Origin: Octopus sinensis
Taxonomy: Eukaryota
Direction of reading: 5' to 3'
DNA: 64,000 nt
Assembly: GCF_006345805.1 (NCBI RefSeq)
Contig: NC_043020.1
Span: forward strand, 29,450,001-29,514,000
In this document: positions 1 through 13,340 of the stretch, piece by piece
Layout of the letters: every line of letters begins with the position of its first letter
How positions within the stretch are numbered: position 1 is the stretch's first letter
Position numbers and translations under genes: made by a program
Notes under the pieces: model-generated
The model's database searches: none
What the model saw: only the letters and a program-made list of their open reading frames with translations
What the model was told of the DNA's origin: nothing

Positions 1-967
1 TGGATCACATGTAATATATTGTAATGTCACACATCCATTTATATTTATATTCATGGTGGATCTCACCCATGTATTGTTGAAACGATCGTAACAAAGGAAT
101 ATATGCAATACCTTAACTTCCATTCTTAGACTAACCATATATATATTTTTTCTTTTTGTCTTTCACGATATTAAATGCCACTTTATCCCTCAAAATCAGC
201 ATTTTTACAGCTTCCAGAATACTTCTCTATTGACATTAATTTTACACCAAAATAAGAACATAACACATTTTATAAGATCATAAATTTGAGACTAATTTTA
301 AGCTTTTTGAAGACATTTTTCTCTGCATATTTCATCACGGCCATCTGTTTCTAATATAAACCAATTGTAGAATAACCTAATTCTCATAAAGATAACCTGC
401 TAAAGCCATATTTATATACACCTATATATGCACTTTCATGACTATCTATATTCATCTGCCAATCTGAATGTCATCATCATCCATTATTTCCCTCATCGTC
501 TGCTATATTTTCATTTACAGGATTCATTTCATTTGAAGTAGATTTGAAACTGGAGAATTTTGACTTCGTACATTGCAGCGCAATAATATATGCTAAAAAA
601 ACAAAAAAAAAAAAACAAGAGGTTTTGCTTACAATGAATCAATAAGGTCAACTAGATCACATGACGTATTCAGGGAGAATAACTGTGTTGGCCGCAAGCG
701 ATTGTTGATCCCCGGAAGTGACTGAGAATAATGTCTTGTCTTCTAGAGATGAATGCGTCTGATTTGTTTTTATTTTATTTCATTTTTTTGTTGTATATAT
801 GTTGTTGTTGTTGTTGTTGTGTGTGCTTTGTTTTTTTCCCCTATTTTTTTTAAGAGTTAAAAATCTTGAATTCACCATTAAAACAAAATATAAGAACATC
901 GTTCTACGTGTAAACTAAGTAAGTAACGAGTAGCGATACATAAATACATATTAATTGCATGCGTAAT

Positions 968-1176
968 ATTGGTTTCAAATTTTGGTACAAGGCCAGCAAT
1001 TTCGGGGTGGAGGGAGATAAATCGATTACAACGATCCTCAGGTACTTATTTTGTAGACCTCGAAAGGATGAACGGCACAATCCACCCCGGAAGGCTACGT
1101 GAACTCAGAACGTAAAGACAGACCAAATACCGCTAAGCATTTTGCTAAGCATAATGACTCTGCCAGCTCTCCACCT
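968..1176 (-). mobile_element. tRNA-derived SINE with Meta-domain-like centre (duplicated at 1915-2121)
   Basis: Reverse complement of the family seen at 2742-3191 and 45658-45886 (ggcgagctggcagaa...gcctttcatcctttcggggtcgataaaataagtacc). Confidence 0.8.
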
Positions 1177-1479
1177 TATACGGGACAAAATGTCACTGGT
1201 GGAGAGGATTTTCCTTGTAGGACGAACTTTGTAGAGAAGAGATACGCAGCGATATAATCCATGTTGATCTATTACTGGTTCTTATTCGACTTTTCATGGC
1301 CTCAATCAAATTTCTCATTGAAACTTACCGTTTATGATACTGCAAATCGTCTTCTATTAGGCTGTTATTATTATTATCATCATCAGTATTATTATTATTA
1401 TTATTATTATCATTATTATTATGCTTTTCTAAGCAGGAGGAAAGAAACTATTTCCCAAGCCTTGGGGTGGTAGAGTAAT

Positions 1480-1766
1480 CGAGAATTTTGCATCAGGTTT
1501 ATCCCGAATTACCCTAAGTGGATTGCCCCACCCCAGCCCATTGGGAATTCAATTTATTTATTTGTTTATCTATTATTTAGTATTTATTTCTCTAATTTCT
1601 GTTTATATATTTTTCGTTGTGCCCTTTGCTGCTGTAGTGTCTCCCTTTATTCCATGTAAACCCCTTCTGTTTTATGTGTTGTATCCCGTCCTTTGATCTC
1701 GGGTTCCATGTGTTGGGCCCTTGTAACCAATAAAAGAAATCCTTATTGTTGTTGTTGTTGTTGTTG
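1480..1766 (+). mobile_element. 3' end of a non-LTR retrotransposon (AATAAA plus (TTG)n tail)
   Basis: Pyrimidine-rich 3'UTR ending ...gggcccttgtaaccaataaaagaaatcc-(ttg)n; duplicated at about 2425-2700. Clade not certain. Confidence 0.5.
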
Positions 1767-2741
1767 TGTGTGCTTTGTTTTTTTCCCCTATTTTTTTTAA
1801 GAGTTAAAAATCTTGAATTCACCATTAAAACAAAATATAAGAACATCGTTCTACGTGTAAACTAAGTAAGTAACGAGTAGCGATACATAAATACATATTA
1901 ATTGCATGCGTAATATTGGTTTCAAATTTTGTACAAGGCCAGCAATTTCGGGGTGGAGGGAGATAAATCGATTACAACGATCCTCAGGTACTTATTTTGT
2001 AGACCTCGAAAGGATGAACGGCACAATCCACCCCGGAAGGCTACGTGAACTCAGAACGTAAAGACAGACCAAATACCGCTAAGCATTTTGCTAAGCATAA
2101 TGACTCTGCCAGCTCTCCACCTTATACGGGACAAAATGTCACTGGTGGAGAGGATTTTCCTTGTAGGACGAACTTTGTAGAGAAGAGATACGCAGCGATA
2201 TAATCCATGTTGATCTATTACTGGTTCTTATTCGACTTTTCATGGCCTCAATCAAATTTCTCATTGAAACTTACCGTTTATGATACTGCAAATCGTCTTC
2301 TATTAGGCTGTTATTATTATTATCATCATCAGTATATTATTATTATTATTATTATCATTATTATTATGCTTTTCTAAGCAGGAGGAAAGAAACTATTTCC
2401 CAGCCTTGGGGTGGTAGAGTAATCGAGAATTTTGCATCAGGTTTATCCCGAATTACCCTAAGTGGATTGCCCCACCCCAGCCCATTGGGAATTCAATTTA
2501 TTTATTTGTTTATCTATTATTTAGTATTTATTTCTCTAATTTCTGTTTATATATTTTTCGTTGTGCCCTTTGCTGCTGTAGTGTCTCCCTTTATTCCATG
2601 TAAACCCCTTCTGTTTTATGTGTTGTATCCCGTCCTTTGATCTCGGGTTCCATGTGTTGGGCCCTTGTAACCAATAAAAGAAATCCTTATTGTTGTTGTT
2701 GTTGTCGTCGTCGTCGTCGTCGTCGTTGTTGTTGTTGTTGT

Positions 2742-3191
2742 AAAGGCGGTGAGTTGACAGAATTCTTGTAACGCCGTACAAAATGCTTAGCGGCGTTCAA
2801 TCCGTCTTACCGCTCTAAACTTAAATTCCGCCGAGATTTAACTTTGCCTTTCGTTCTTTCGGAATCGATAAAATAAATACCAGTTGAATACTGGGGTCCA
2901 TATAATCGATTCGCCCCTCTTCCAAAATTGCAGGCCATGTCCCTATAGCAGAAAGGATTGTTAAGGCGGCGAGCTGGGCAGAACCGTTAATACGCCGGAT
3001 AAAACGATCAGCGGTTTTTTTGTCCGTCTTTACATTTCTGAGCTCAAATTCCACCAGGAACGGCTTTGGCTTTCATCCATTCAGGGTTGCGGAAATAACT
3101 ACGAGTTATGCAGTCGATGTAATCTACTCCCCCCCCCTCCACACCACCCCTAAAAATTTCAGGCATTGTGCCGATGCTAGAAAAAAACTAT
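2742..3191 (+). mobile_element. Two tandem tRNA-derived (Meta-like) SINE copies
   Basis: Two successive aaggcggcgagctg... heads at 2742 and 2963, each with a B-box-like ttcaaattcc, the gcctttcatcc core and a caggc..tgtgcc..tagaaaa tail. Confidence 0.8.
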
Positions 3192-3329
3192 TAGTATTTC
3201 TTCTTCTTCTTCTTCTTCTTCTTCTTCTTCTTCTCTTCTTCTTCTTCTTCTTCTTCTTCTATTCCTTTTCTTTTTCTTTTTTCTTTTCCTTTTTCTTTAC
3301 ATACATACATACATGCATACATATATATG

Positions 3330-3490
3330 ACGGACTTCTTTCAGTTTCCGTCTACCAAATCCACTCACAAGGCCTTGGTCATCCCGAGGCTATAGTAGAA
3401 GACACTTGCCCAAGGTGCCACGTAGTGGGACTGAACCCGGAACCATGTGGTTTGTAAGCAAGCTACTTACCACACAGCCACTCCTACGCC
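3330..3490 (-). mobile_element. Octopus-type tRNA/CORE-like SINE head
   Basis: Reverse complement of ggagtggctgtgtggtaagtagcttgc...caccttgggcaagtgtcttctactatagcc...ggtagacggaaactgaaagaag. The family recurs at about 6385, 9860-10330, 16870, 19020-19510, 35010, 41710-42050, 46681 and 53428-54227. Confidence 0.85.
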
Positions 3491-3491
3491 C

Positions 3492-3565
3492 ATTATCATT
3501 ATCATTATTATTTATCATTATTATTATCATTATTATTATTCTCATTATTCTCATTATTATTATTA

Positions 3566-3619
<54 letters not shown>

Positions 3620-3943
3620 AGTAGGTTGATAGAAGTGTCCCTACGCTTGACTGAAATGCTCGCCTGTCTTTAGTTCTGTCTCTCAATTTGTCCTTCAAAT
3701 CCCTGCTCAATGTCCAGTTGTGTGGACATCATCATCATCCTCTGCCACCACCACCACCACCACCACCATCATCATCGCCAACATCATCATTATATTATCA
3801 TCTTTACCATCTTTATCATCATCATCATCATCATCATCACTACCACTACTAACATCATCATTACCATTATCACCACCATCATCATCATCATCATCATCCT
3901 CTGCCACCACCACCACCACCATCATCGTCAACATCATCATTAT

Positions 3944-3978
<35 letters not shown>

Positions 3979-4060
3979 TATCATTAACATCGTCATCATC
4001 GTCGTCGTCGGTATCTTCATCGCCGTCACCTTTATCGTCGACCATTTTCCATCACCCTCA
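3492..4060. repeat. Compound (ATT)n and (CAT/CAC)n microsatellites
   Basis: Direct reading; these are the source of the poly-I/H/D/S ORFs in the track. Confidence 0.95.
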
Positions 4061-5576
4061 TACTAAATAAAAAAAAAAAAAAGAAACTGGTGTTCACGTT
4101 TTTTTCTTTTCTTTTGCTTTGTTTTTTGTTGCTGTTGTTGTTAATGTTTCGTTCCAGGTGTATAATTGAAGTGTATGAAACATTCAAATGAAAGGAAATA
4201 AAATGGTAATTTATATCGAATCAGGAACAAGTGAGAATTGGGTGCAGGGCATAACTGCTGTTAGAAAGTACGATCCACTACCACGTGGTTCAGGGTTCGA
4301 TCCTACAGCATAACACCATGAGTATATCTGCTAGAATATCCTCAGGGGGTCAACGTAAGCGCTATGAATAAAATACAACTGTGTAGACTTACTCACGTGT
4401 ATTTGCGGTGGTATTTACCCGGGGTGGGTTGAGCCAGCTCCGACCAGGCAAGTTCACCACGCCTTTCACAAACGCTAACCACATTCAACTGTAGGCACTA
4501 AGCTTGCAGGGGGCAGAGTAATGCTTTCTGATGTTGCAATTCCAGTTCGGATATTTCACAAGAGCAAGTGTACGGGATCGAAAAGACGCTGTAGCCGTAG
4601 TAGTCAGTCGTTGTTGAGGTGTAGAGGTCATGTTCGGAGTCATGTCCGGCAAGTTCACTATCATTAATTCACTGCAGGGAAAGTTCACTGAACGAATTTT
4701 TTGACACAATTTTTCGACTTCAATTTTTCTCTCAGTTTTTTTTTTTTTTTCAATAAAATAGTTTATAACTATTAATGGTGAGATATTATGGTTATATTTT
4801 CTCGGTAAATCTCCCTTGCGATGAACTATTTCGTACAGCAAAGTCGTCGAGATGTATAAGTCGATCTGCCTTTTATTGGCTGTAAATTTTGGTCTGAAAA
4901 CTTCGACTTATATGCCGGAAAATAAGGCATTTTATAGCTATATTCATGAGAGACGAACGAATCTAATATTTTTCTTGTTTCTTTTAATTATTATTTTTCT
5001 TATCGTTTCACCTGAACTTGTAATCACTGACTTTCATCATTTCTTCAAGTCTCATTTACCTGTATTTGGTTTGAAGCTCTCGTTGAAATACCTGCTTTAA
5101 ATTTACAATTACAAAGCTACACCGATCTATAATTTTATTCCTATTTCATTAATAATTATCAGGGCATCGCATTTAGAATTTATTGTCAGTTTTATTTAAT
5201 GATTTTTTAAACATTAACTCCACTTTTTGTTTGTTTGAAATATCCGATCGTATCGCATTTGTAGCTCTTATTAAAGGTGAGTACAGCATAGATTTCATAT
5301 TCATTGCTTTATTTACAACGAAGATTTCACAGCCTTTTTATTTAATTTCCTACAATACAATAAACAAATAAATTATTCGCTTATTTAGTATATCTTTGCA
5401 TCTTTTGAAACCTTATCGTTAGATATATTTGCCATATTACATAACTATTATATGATAACCAAACATTTTTTTTCAGAATAATAGAAATAATAAAAATAAA
5501 TTTAACCAATATTTTCTTTGTTTTCAATTTTTATTAGTTTATCAACAACAACAAAAATATTTTAATTTCATACATA

Positions 5577-5707
<131 letters not shown>

Positions 5708-6542
5708 AATTCACACAGATAAAACAAGGAATACAGAATGCTGTCGATATTTACTTTATGTTACGTTCAGAGTTCAAATTCTGCCGTAGTCGACTTTGCC
5801 TTTCATTCTTTCGGGGTCGATAAAATAAGTACCAATCATGTACTGGGATCGATGTAATCACTTACTCTTCCCCCCGAAAGTGCTGGTCTTGTGCCAACAT
5901 TTTAAACCATTATTTGCTTCAAGTTAAACCCCCTGTTCTGTATTACGTAAAAATAGGGTTAGTGTGTGCGAACGTTTTATTTAGTCTGTTTCAATTTTGC
6001 GGACCTCTAAAGTATACTAGAGACAACAACAGATAACTGGTCATTGATATATTTCTTAGGATTGTGGTTCTTTGGAGATTTACATATTTGATTAGTGACA
6101 TTACTTGGTAGGGTTGGCGGGCGGGTATTTACTAAAAATCTCAGGTATATAATATGGTGAAGTTGATAACTCTTATCAACTTAGTCCTACGAACTGACGA
6201 AAGTTCCTCCATTTGAGGAATAAGGGAACTCCTCGCCCACGAGTAAGATTCTACCAAAATTCAGATCTGATATTACGCAGTTATTGCGCACATTCTCCTA
6301 CTATGGCCCCGACCTGACCAAGGCCTTGTGTGTGAATTTGTTGACAGAGACTGTATAACTGTATAAACTATATAAAAGCAGGCCGCATAGGCATGGCTGT
6401 GTGGTAATAAGTTTCCTCTCCAACCACGGGGTTCCGAGTTCAGTCCCATTGTGTGGTACTTTGGGCAAGTGACTTCTACTATAACCTCGGACCGACTAAA
6501 ACCTAGTGAGTGGATTTAGTGGACAGAAATTGAAAAGAACTC

Positions 6543-6608
<66 letters not shown>

Positions 6609-7583
6609 GTATGTGTGTGTCACCATGGTTTGACAACCGGTGTTGGTATGTTTATGTCCCCGTAACTCAGTGGTTCAGTAAATATAACCGGATAAATAAG
6701 TATTCTATCAGACCAGACTTTAAAAGAACTGGGTGTTTTGAGCGACGAAACTTCAATGCGGTGACCCACACCACGGGACCATTTACTTTTTTATCCTTTT
6801 CTTTCGCTGGTTGCTTCTATGTCCACTAAATTCCACTTGCAAGGCATTGGTCAACCGGAGGAATAGAAGAAAGAGAAAACGCTTGCTCGCGAAGGCCCGG
6901 GATGCCTCGCATTTTCCTCGAACCCGTAATTACATTGTTGTGGAGCGACTTTCTGAAACACGTATTTATGCCACCCTCTAAATATATCGCAAGAAATATA
7001 ATGATTGTCTGAGATTTGCATCGAAGTCTAAAACATCCGATTTTATCGTCCAAGCCTTTCCATCAAGCCATCGCTGACGAAAAGTTTCTATTTGGCAAGG
7101 AATCTAAATTTGTTTGCTAACTCTGCTTGCCAAATTCGTACCGCGATGCATAACGGTGCCCGACACGTCATATAGCGTCATAAATCTAATAAAGACAAAC
7201 AGAGTAATTAAAGAGTTCCATTAGGTTTTTAACTGGAAAAATGGAGAACAGAATTGTTGGCCACATCAATCATACAACTGAGTTTATTTCCAGACACACA
7301 GACACACACAAACACACAGAGGGAAAAAAAAAACGAAACATCTACAGACTAATCATTTGGCAAGTGTAATCGTATAATTCTTAAAGTTAGCTATTAATAC
7401 TCTGAGTCTGTGTGAAGAACCCGGTCCAATGAAACTACGAAAGATCTTCGTAGAAATATAAGAACCCAGAGAAATTAATTATATAAATCCAAAACCTTTG
7501 TGCGTGTATTTTTTAATCCTCATCAGCTTGGTCGGGCATTTTTAACCATTACACGCCATCCATCTAGGTTCATATCAGTTGAG

Positions 7584-8827
7584 GTGGGAAATGAAGATAT
7601 TGGTACAAATAGATATTTGGTGGGAAATAAAGATATTGGTACAAATAAATATTTGGTGGGAAATGAAGATATTGGTACAAATAAATATTTGGTGGGAAAT
7701 GAAGATATTGGTACAAATAAATATTTGGTGGGAAATGAAGATATTGGTACAAATAAATATTTGGTGGGAAATAAAGATATTGGTACAAATAAATATTTGG
7801 TGGGAAATAAAGATATTTGTACAAATAAATGTTTGGTGGGAAATAAAGATATTGGTACAAATAAATGTTTGGTGGGAAATAAAGATATTTGTACAAATAA
7901 ATGTTTGGTGGGAAATAAAGATATTGGTACAAATAAATATTTAGTGGGAAATAAAGATATTGGTACAAATAAATATTTGGTGGGAAATAAAGATATTGGT
8001 ACAAATAAATATTTGGTGGGAATTAAAGATATTGGTACAAATAAATATTTGGTGGGAAATAAAGATATTGGTACGAATAAATATTTGGTGGGAAATAAAG
8101 ATATTGGTACAAATAAATATTTGGTGGGAAATAAAGATATTGGTACAAATAAATATTTGGTGGGAAATAAAGATATTGGTACGAATAAATATTTGGTGGG
8201 AAATAAAGATATTGGTACAAATAAATATTTGGTGGGAAATAAAGATATTGGTACAAATAAGTGGGAAATAAAGATATTGGTACAAATAAATATTTGGTGG
8301 GAAATAAAGATATTGGTACAAATAAGTGGGAAATAAAGATATTGGTACAAATAAATATTTGGTGGGAAATAAAGATATTGGTACAAATAAATATTTGGTG
8401 GGAAATAAAGATATTGGTACAAATAAATATTTGGTGGGAAATAAAGATATTGGTACGAATAAATATTTGGTGGGAAATAAAGATATTGGTACAAATAAAT
8501 ATTTGGTGGGAAATAAAGATATTGGTACAAATAAATATTTGGTGGGAAATAAAGATATTGGTACGAATAAATATTTGGTGGGAAATAAAGATATTGGTAC
8601 GAATAAATATTTGGTGGGAAATAAAGATATTGGTACGAATAAATATTTGGTGGGAAATAAAGATATTGGTACAAATAAATATTTGGTGGGAAATAAAGAT
8701 ATTGGTACGAATAAATATTTGGTGGGAAATAAAGATATTGGTACGAATAAATATTTGGTGGGAAATAAAGATATTGGTACAAATAAATATTTGGTGGGAA
8801 ATAAAGATATTGGTACAAATAAATATT
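7584..8827. repeat. 36-bp minisatellite (VNTR), about 35 units
   Basis: Unit GTGGGAAATAAAGATATTGGTACAAATAAATATTTG, with two 29-bp deletion units at 8232-8260 and 8297-8325. Confidence 0.98.
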
Positions 8828-9317
8828 CTAAAGGAGTCTGTTTAATCTTTAGCAATCTACTTAAAGTACAAAACTATTTTTAACACACTCTTTGCTAATT
8901 AAACAACTGCAAAAACTGGTTCTCAGTACTCAATACAGGGTACAGTGTAATAAACAGTTTTGCACAGTATTTCCGGTTTTCAAGAAATTCCGGATTTTTG
9001 GGAGCCGGATAAGCGATCCGGTACTGTATAAATAAACTGTCAACGTAGATATATTAACATGTGACATTCGGTTACAGTTACATCATATTATATGGTAAAA
9101 GTGGCTAAGAAATAGCGCTATGATGGAAAATCGCTCTTCGGTACCGCATTTTTGCTTTTCAGAAAATTGATTTACTTATGACGTCATTCATCTGTTGTCA
9201 TGACAACCGTGTTATCACAATCTAATTTCGTTGTGAGTGTTTGCAGTAGTGAGCCGATTGTTGAAGCTGGCCGCTTCATTTAACCACTAATGGTATTTTC
9301 CTGCTCGCTACCCCCAT

Positions 9318-9730
9318 GTCTCTCTCTCTCCCTCTCTCCCTCTCTCTCTCCTTCTCTCTCTCCCTCTCTCTCTTTCTCATTCTCTCTCTCCCTCTCTCTC
9401 TCTCTCTTTCTCTCCCTCCCTCTGTCTTTCTTTCTCTCTCTCTCCCCCTCTCTCTCTCTATCTATCTATCTATCTATCTCATCTATCTATCTCTCCATCT
9501 CTTTCTCTTTCTCTTTCTTTCTCTCTCTCACTCACCGTTTCTCTCTCACTCTTTCCACATCTCTCTCTTTCTCTTTATCTATCTATCTATACATCTCTCC
9601 TTCTCTTTCTCTCTCTCCTTCTCTTTCTCTCTCTCCTTCTCTTTCTCTCTCTCCTTCTCTTTCTCTCTCCTTCCCTTTCTCTCTCTCCTTTTTCTCTCTC
9701 TCCCTCTCTCTCACTCTTTCCGCATCTCTT

Positions 9731-9777
<47 letters not shown>

Positions 9778-9793
9778 CTGCCTTCTCTGTCTA

Positions 9794-9841
<48 letters not shown>

Positions 9842-9860
9842 GTTTCTATCTATCTTTTAT
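9318..9860. repeat. (CT)n/(CTAT)n compound microsatellite
   Basis: Direct reading. Confidence 0.95.
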
Positions 9861-10807
9861 CTTTTACTTGTTTCAGTCACTGGACTGCGGCCATGCTGGG
9901 GCACTGCCTTGAAGAGATTAATCGAACAAATCGTCCCCAGTGCTGTTCTTGGGCTTGTTTTACTCACTGGACTGCAGCCACCCAGGGGCACCGCCTTGAC
10001 AGGTTTTAGTCGAAATAAATCTACCCCAAATACTTATTCCATTTATTTATTTCGTCTTTTTTTTTCTGTTAAGACTAGTACTTATTCTGTCTCTTATACC
10101 GAGCCGATTTTGCCCTAGGGACGTAAACAACGCAACACCGGTTGTCAAGCAGTTGTGATGGACAAACATAAAGACACACACACAGATATACATATACGAT
10201 ACGCTTCCACGCAGTTTCCATCAACCAAATTCCTTCTCAAGGCTTTGGTCTACCTAGTAGAAGACACCCAAGATGTCTTGCACTTCGATTGAACCCGAAA
10301 CCACGTAATTGCAAAGCAAGCTTCTTTAACCACACAGCCATGCCTGCCTTTCCCCACCCTTTCCCTTAAGTTTTCAGTATTTTCGCCGTTGCAAAGACCC
10401 TTGTATTGTATTTTGCATCCTTGATGCCGTGTCTTCGGAAAATGCGTAAGAAATAAGATCAGAGACTTTGTTGGTGTGACGCCGTTGCGGCATTGTACAA
10501 GAGCAATCAATGTCTTTGCAAACATCACCACCAAAGAATCACTCACTCACTCCATCTCTCTTCTCTCTCTCTCTCCTCTCTCTCTCCTCTCTCTCTCTCT
10601 CTTTATATATTATATATATATATATATATTATATATATATATATGATATATAATATATATATTATATATAGATATAATGTATATATATCAACAACCCTCT
10701 CTTTCACAAACACACACACATACTCTCTTCTCTTCTCTCACTTGTGTTTATTTGTTGTATGTTTATGTTTATGTTTATCTGTATATACATGGCATGTGTA
10801 AGTTCAT

Positions 10808-10843
<36 letters not shown>

Positions 10844-11101
10844 TGGCCTGCTCGCTTAGCCAGCGGGGTGGCGTCATTTGAAGGCTAAAAAAATCCGAAG
10901 CGCATTGTGACCAGCGATGCGTAGCTACATCTGATAGCCTAGTCGGTCACGATGATATACATATATATATATACATACATATTCATATATATATATATAT
11001 ATATACACCCACCACCCCGATTCAGAAATTTGGAACCATAGTTTCGTATTTATGAGTTCAAAACCCATATCACTGACCACTGGGCAATGTGCTCTCATGT
11101 T

Positions 11102-11149
<48 letters not shown>

Positions 11150-11723
11150 CATGTATGTGCGTATGTGTATATCGTAATGTAAGAGTAGTAAAGTACATCG
11201 AAAAGTGTGTTATATGGGGCAAATGTTATAAATATGATCTGACATAGAACTCAGTACATACACTAGAGTAGATACATGTGCTTATTATATTCAATGACCT
11301 CCAGAGTTGACAGTCACTATTCTCTTCTTTCAATGGCGATACTTTGGCTTCGTATTTTCAATAATTTGCTGTCGTTAATACTTCATTCCATCTACATTCC
11401 ATTTCTTTACGAGTTTATCAACAAGAACAGGAAAGCCTCTCAGAAATCCGAGCAAACCAATTCTATTATTCTTCTATTCTGTTATTCTTTTATCTGTTTC
11501 TGTAATTTGACTGCGGCCATGCCGGAGCACCGCCTTAAGCGGTTATAGTCGAAGAAATTGACCTAGGTCTTACTCTTTGTAAATCTAGTACTTACTGTAT
11601 CGGTCAGTTTTGCCGAGCCGCTAAGTTACGGGGACGTAAAGACACCAACATCGGTTGTCAAGTGATGGTGGCGGGGGACAAACAAAGACACAAAGACACA
11701 CATAGATATATACATATATATAT

Positions 11724-11781
<58 letters not shown>

Positions 11782-11835
11782 GTATATAAATATATACATA
11801 TATATGTACATATACATATATATATATATATATAT

Positions 11836-11899
<64 letters not shown>

Positions 11900-12775
11900 G
11901 TTCTCCTTCTCACTTCCTTCTCATCCCCTCCCCTCTTGTACTGTCTTACATTCCTCCCCACCCACAACCAGAAACTATAAAATGATTAAAATCCCCAGCA
12001 AAGGAACTTATTTTCATTTGAAAACCCCACTAGAATGGGAGAAAGCGCTAATGAACTAAGTGATATGATATATATGTAAAAAATGTAATATATAAATAAA
12101 TATCTGTAAATACAAACCATCCGATCTTCTGATTACCTCATTTATTCTACTATATATACATATATATACGAAGGGCTTCTTTTAGTTTCCGTCTACGAAA
12201 TCTGTTAAGATCGGGTGCCTTCGTACTTTTTTTCTCTTCACTGGTTCTATGTTGATGGATAACGAGTACGAAATTCTGTATTAAAAATACTCAGCTTCGC
12301 AGTACGAGGAGGAAAACACATCCTCAGTGCATTCTGGGTAACTGAAAATTGTAGGCGGTCGTTGATGCGTGTCTTTGCGGTACCAGCAGAATTATCGATC
12401 GATCGCTGACCAGTGTTATCACAGATCAATCCGTGATAAGCGCAACAATACGGTTCACAATTTAGCGCACCGCGTTATTCCAGATCAGTGATAAATGGAA
12501 CCAATGATAAACAAGGCTACATGTACCTAAATAACTGCGTGCAGATACAGACACATCCTTGGTCATCCCACAGCTGTAAAGAGTTGCACCGGCACTGGCG
12601 CATATTTTCGGCTGAGTAAACTGTAGCAATGTGAATGAAGTACCTTGCTCAAGGACACAAGCTGCCGCATGGCAAGTCGTGGCGAGCTGGCCCGGGGGGC
12701 GAGCTGGCCCGGGGGGCGAGCTGGCCCGGGGGGCGGGCAGGTTATAGTCTTTCTTTGTCTTCTTATTTGGATTCA

Positions 12776-13320
12776 TGTGTGTGCGTGTGTGTGTGTGTGT
12801 GGGTGTGTGTGTGTTGTGTTGTGTGTGTGTGTGTGTGTGGTGTGGTGTGGTGTACGTGTGTGTGTGTGTGTGTGTGTACGTGTGTGTGTGTACGTGGGTG
12901 CGTGTGTGGTGTGTGTGTGTTTTGTTGTGTTGTGTGTGTGTTTTTTTGTGGTGTGTGTGGTGTGTGTGGTGTGTGTGTACGCGTGGTGTGGGTGTGTACG
13001 CGTGTGTGTGTGTGTGGGTTGTGTGGGTGTTGTACGTGTGTGTGCGTGTGTGGTGGTGTGTGTGTGTGTGTACGTGTGTGTGTGTTACGTTGTGTGGTGT
13101 GTGTACGTGTGTGGTGTGTGTACGTGTGTGTGTGTGTGTGTACGTGTGTGTGTGTGTGTGTGTGTTTTTGTTGGTGTGTGTGGTGTTACGTGTGTGTGTG
13201 TGGTGTGTGTGTGTGTTGTGTGTGTGTGTGTTGTGTGTGTGTGTGTGTTGTGTGTGTGTGTGTGTGTTGTGTGTGGTGGTACGTGTGTGTGTGTGTACGC
13301 GTGTGTGTGGTGTGTGTGTT
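12776..13320. repeat. Long (TG)n compound microsatellite with recurrent TACG interruptions
   Basis: Direct reading; source of the poly-CV ORFs. Confidence 0.95.
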
Positions 13321-13340
13321 CATGCATATATACATACGTA

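Larger units (their letters stand above)
801..2700. repeat. ~945-bp direct tandem duplication
   Basis: 801-1747 is repeated at 1748-2700 (offset 947 at the start, 944 at the end). The units are bounded by (GTT)n tracts; the only differences I saw are three 1-nt deletions. Confidence 0.95.

Noticed and set aside
7584-8827. Regular 36-bp periodicity as a CRISPR-like array
   Set aside because: There are no unique spacers, the DNA is eukaryotic, and no cas genes are present.
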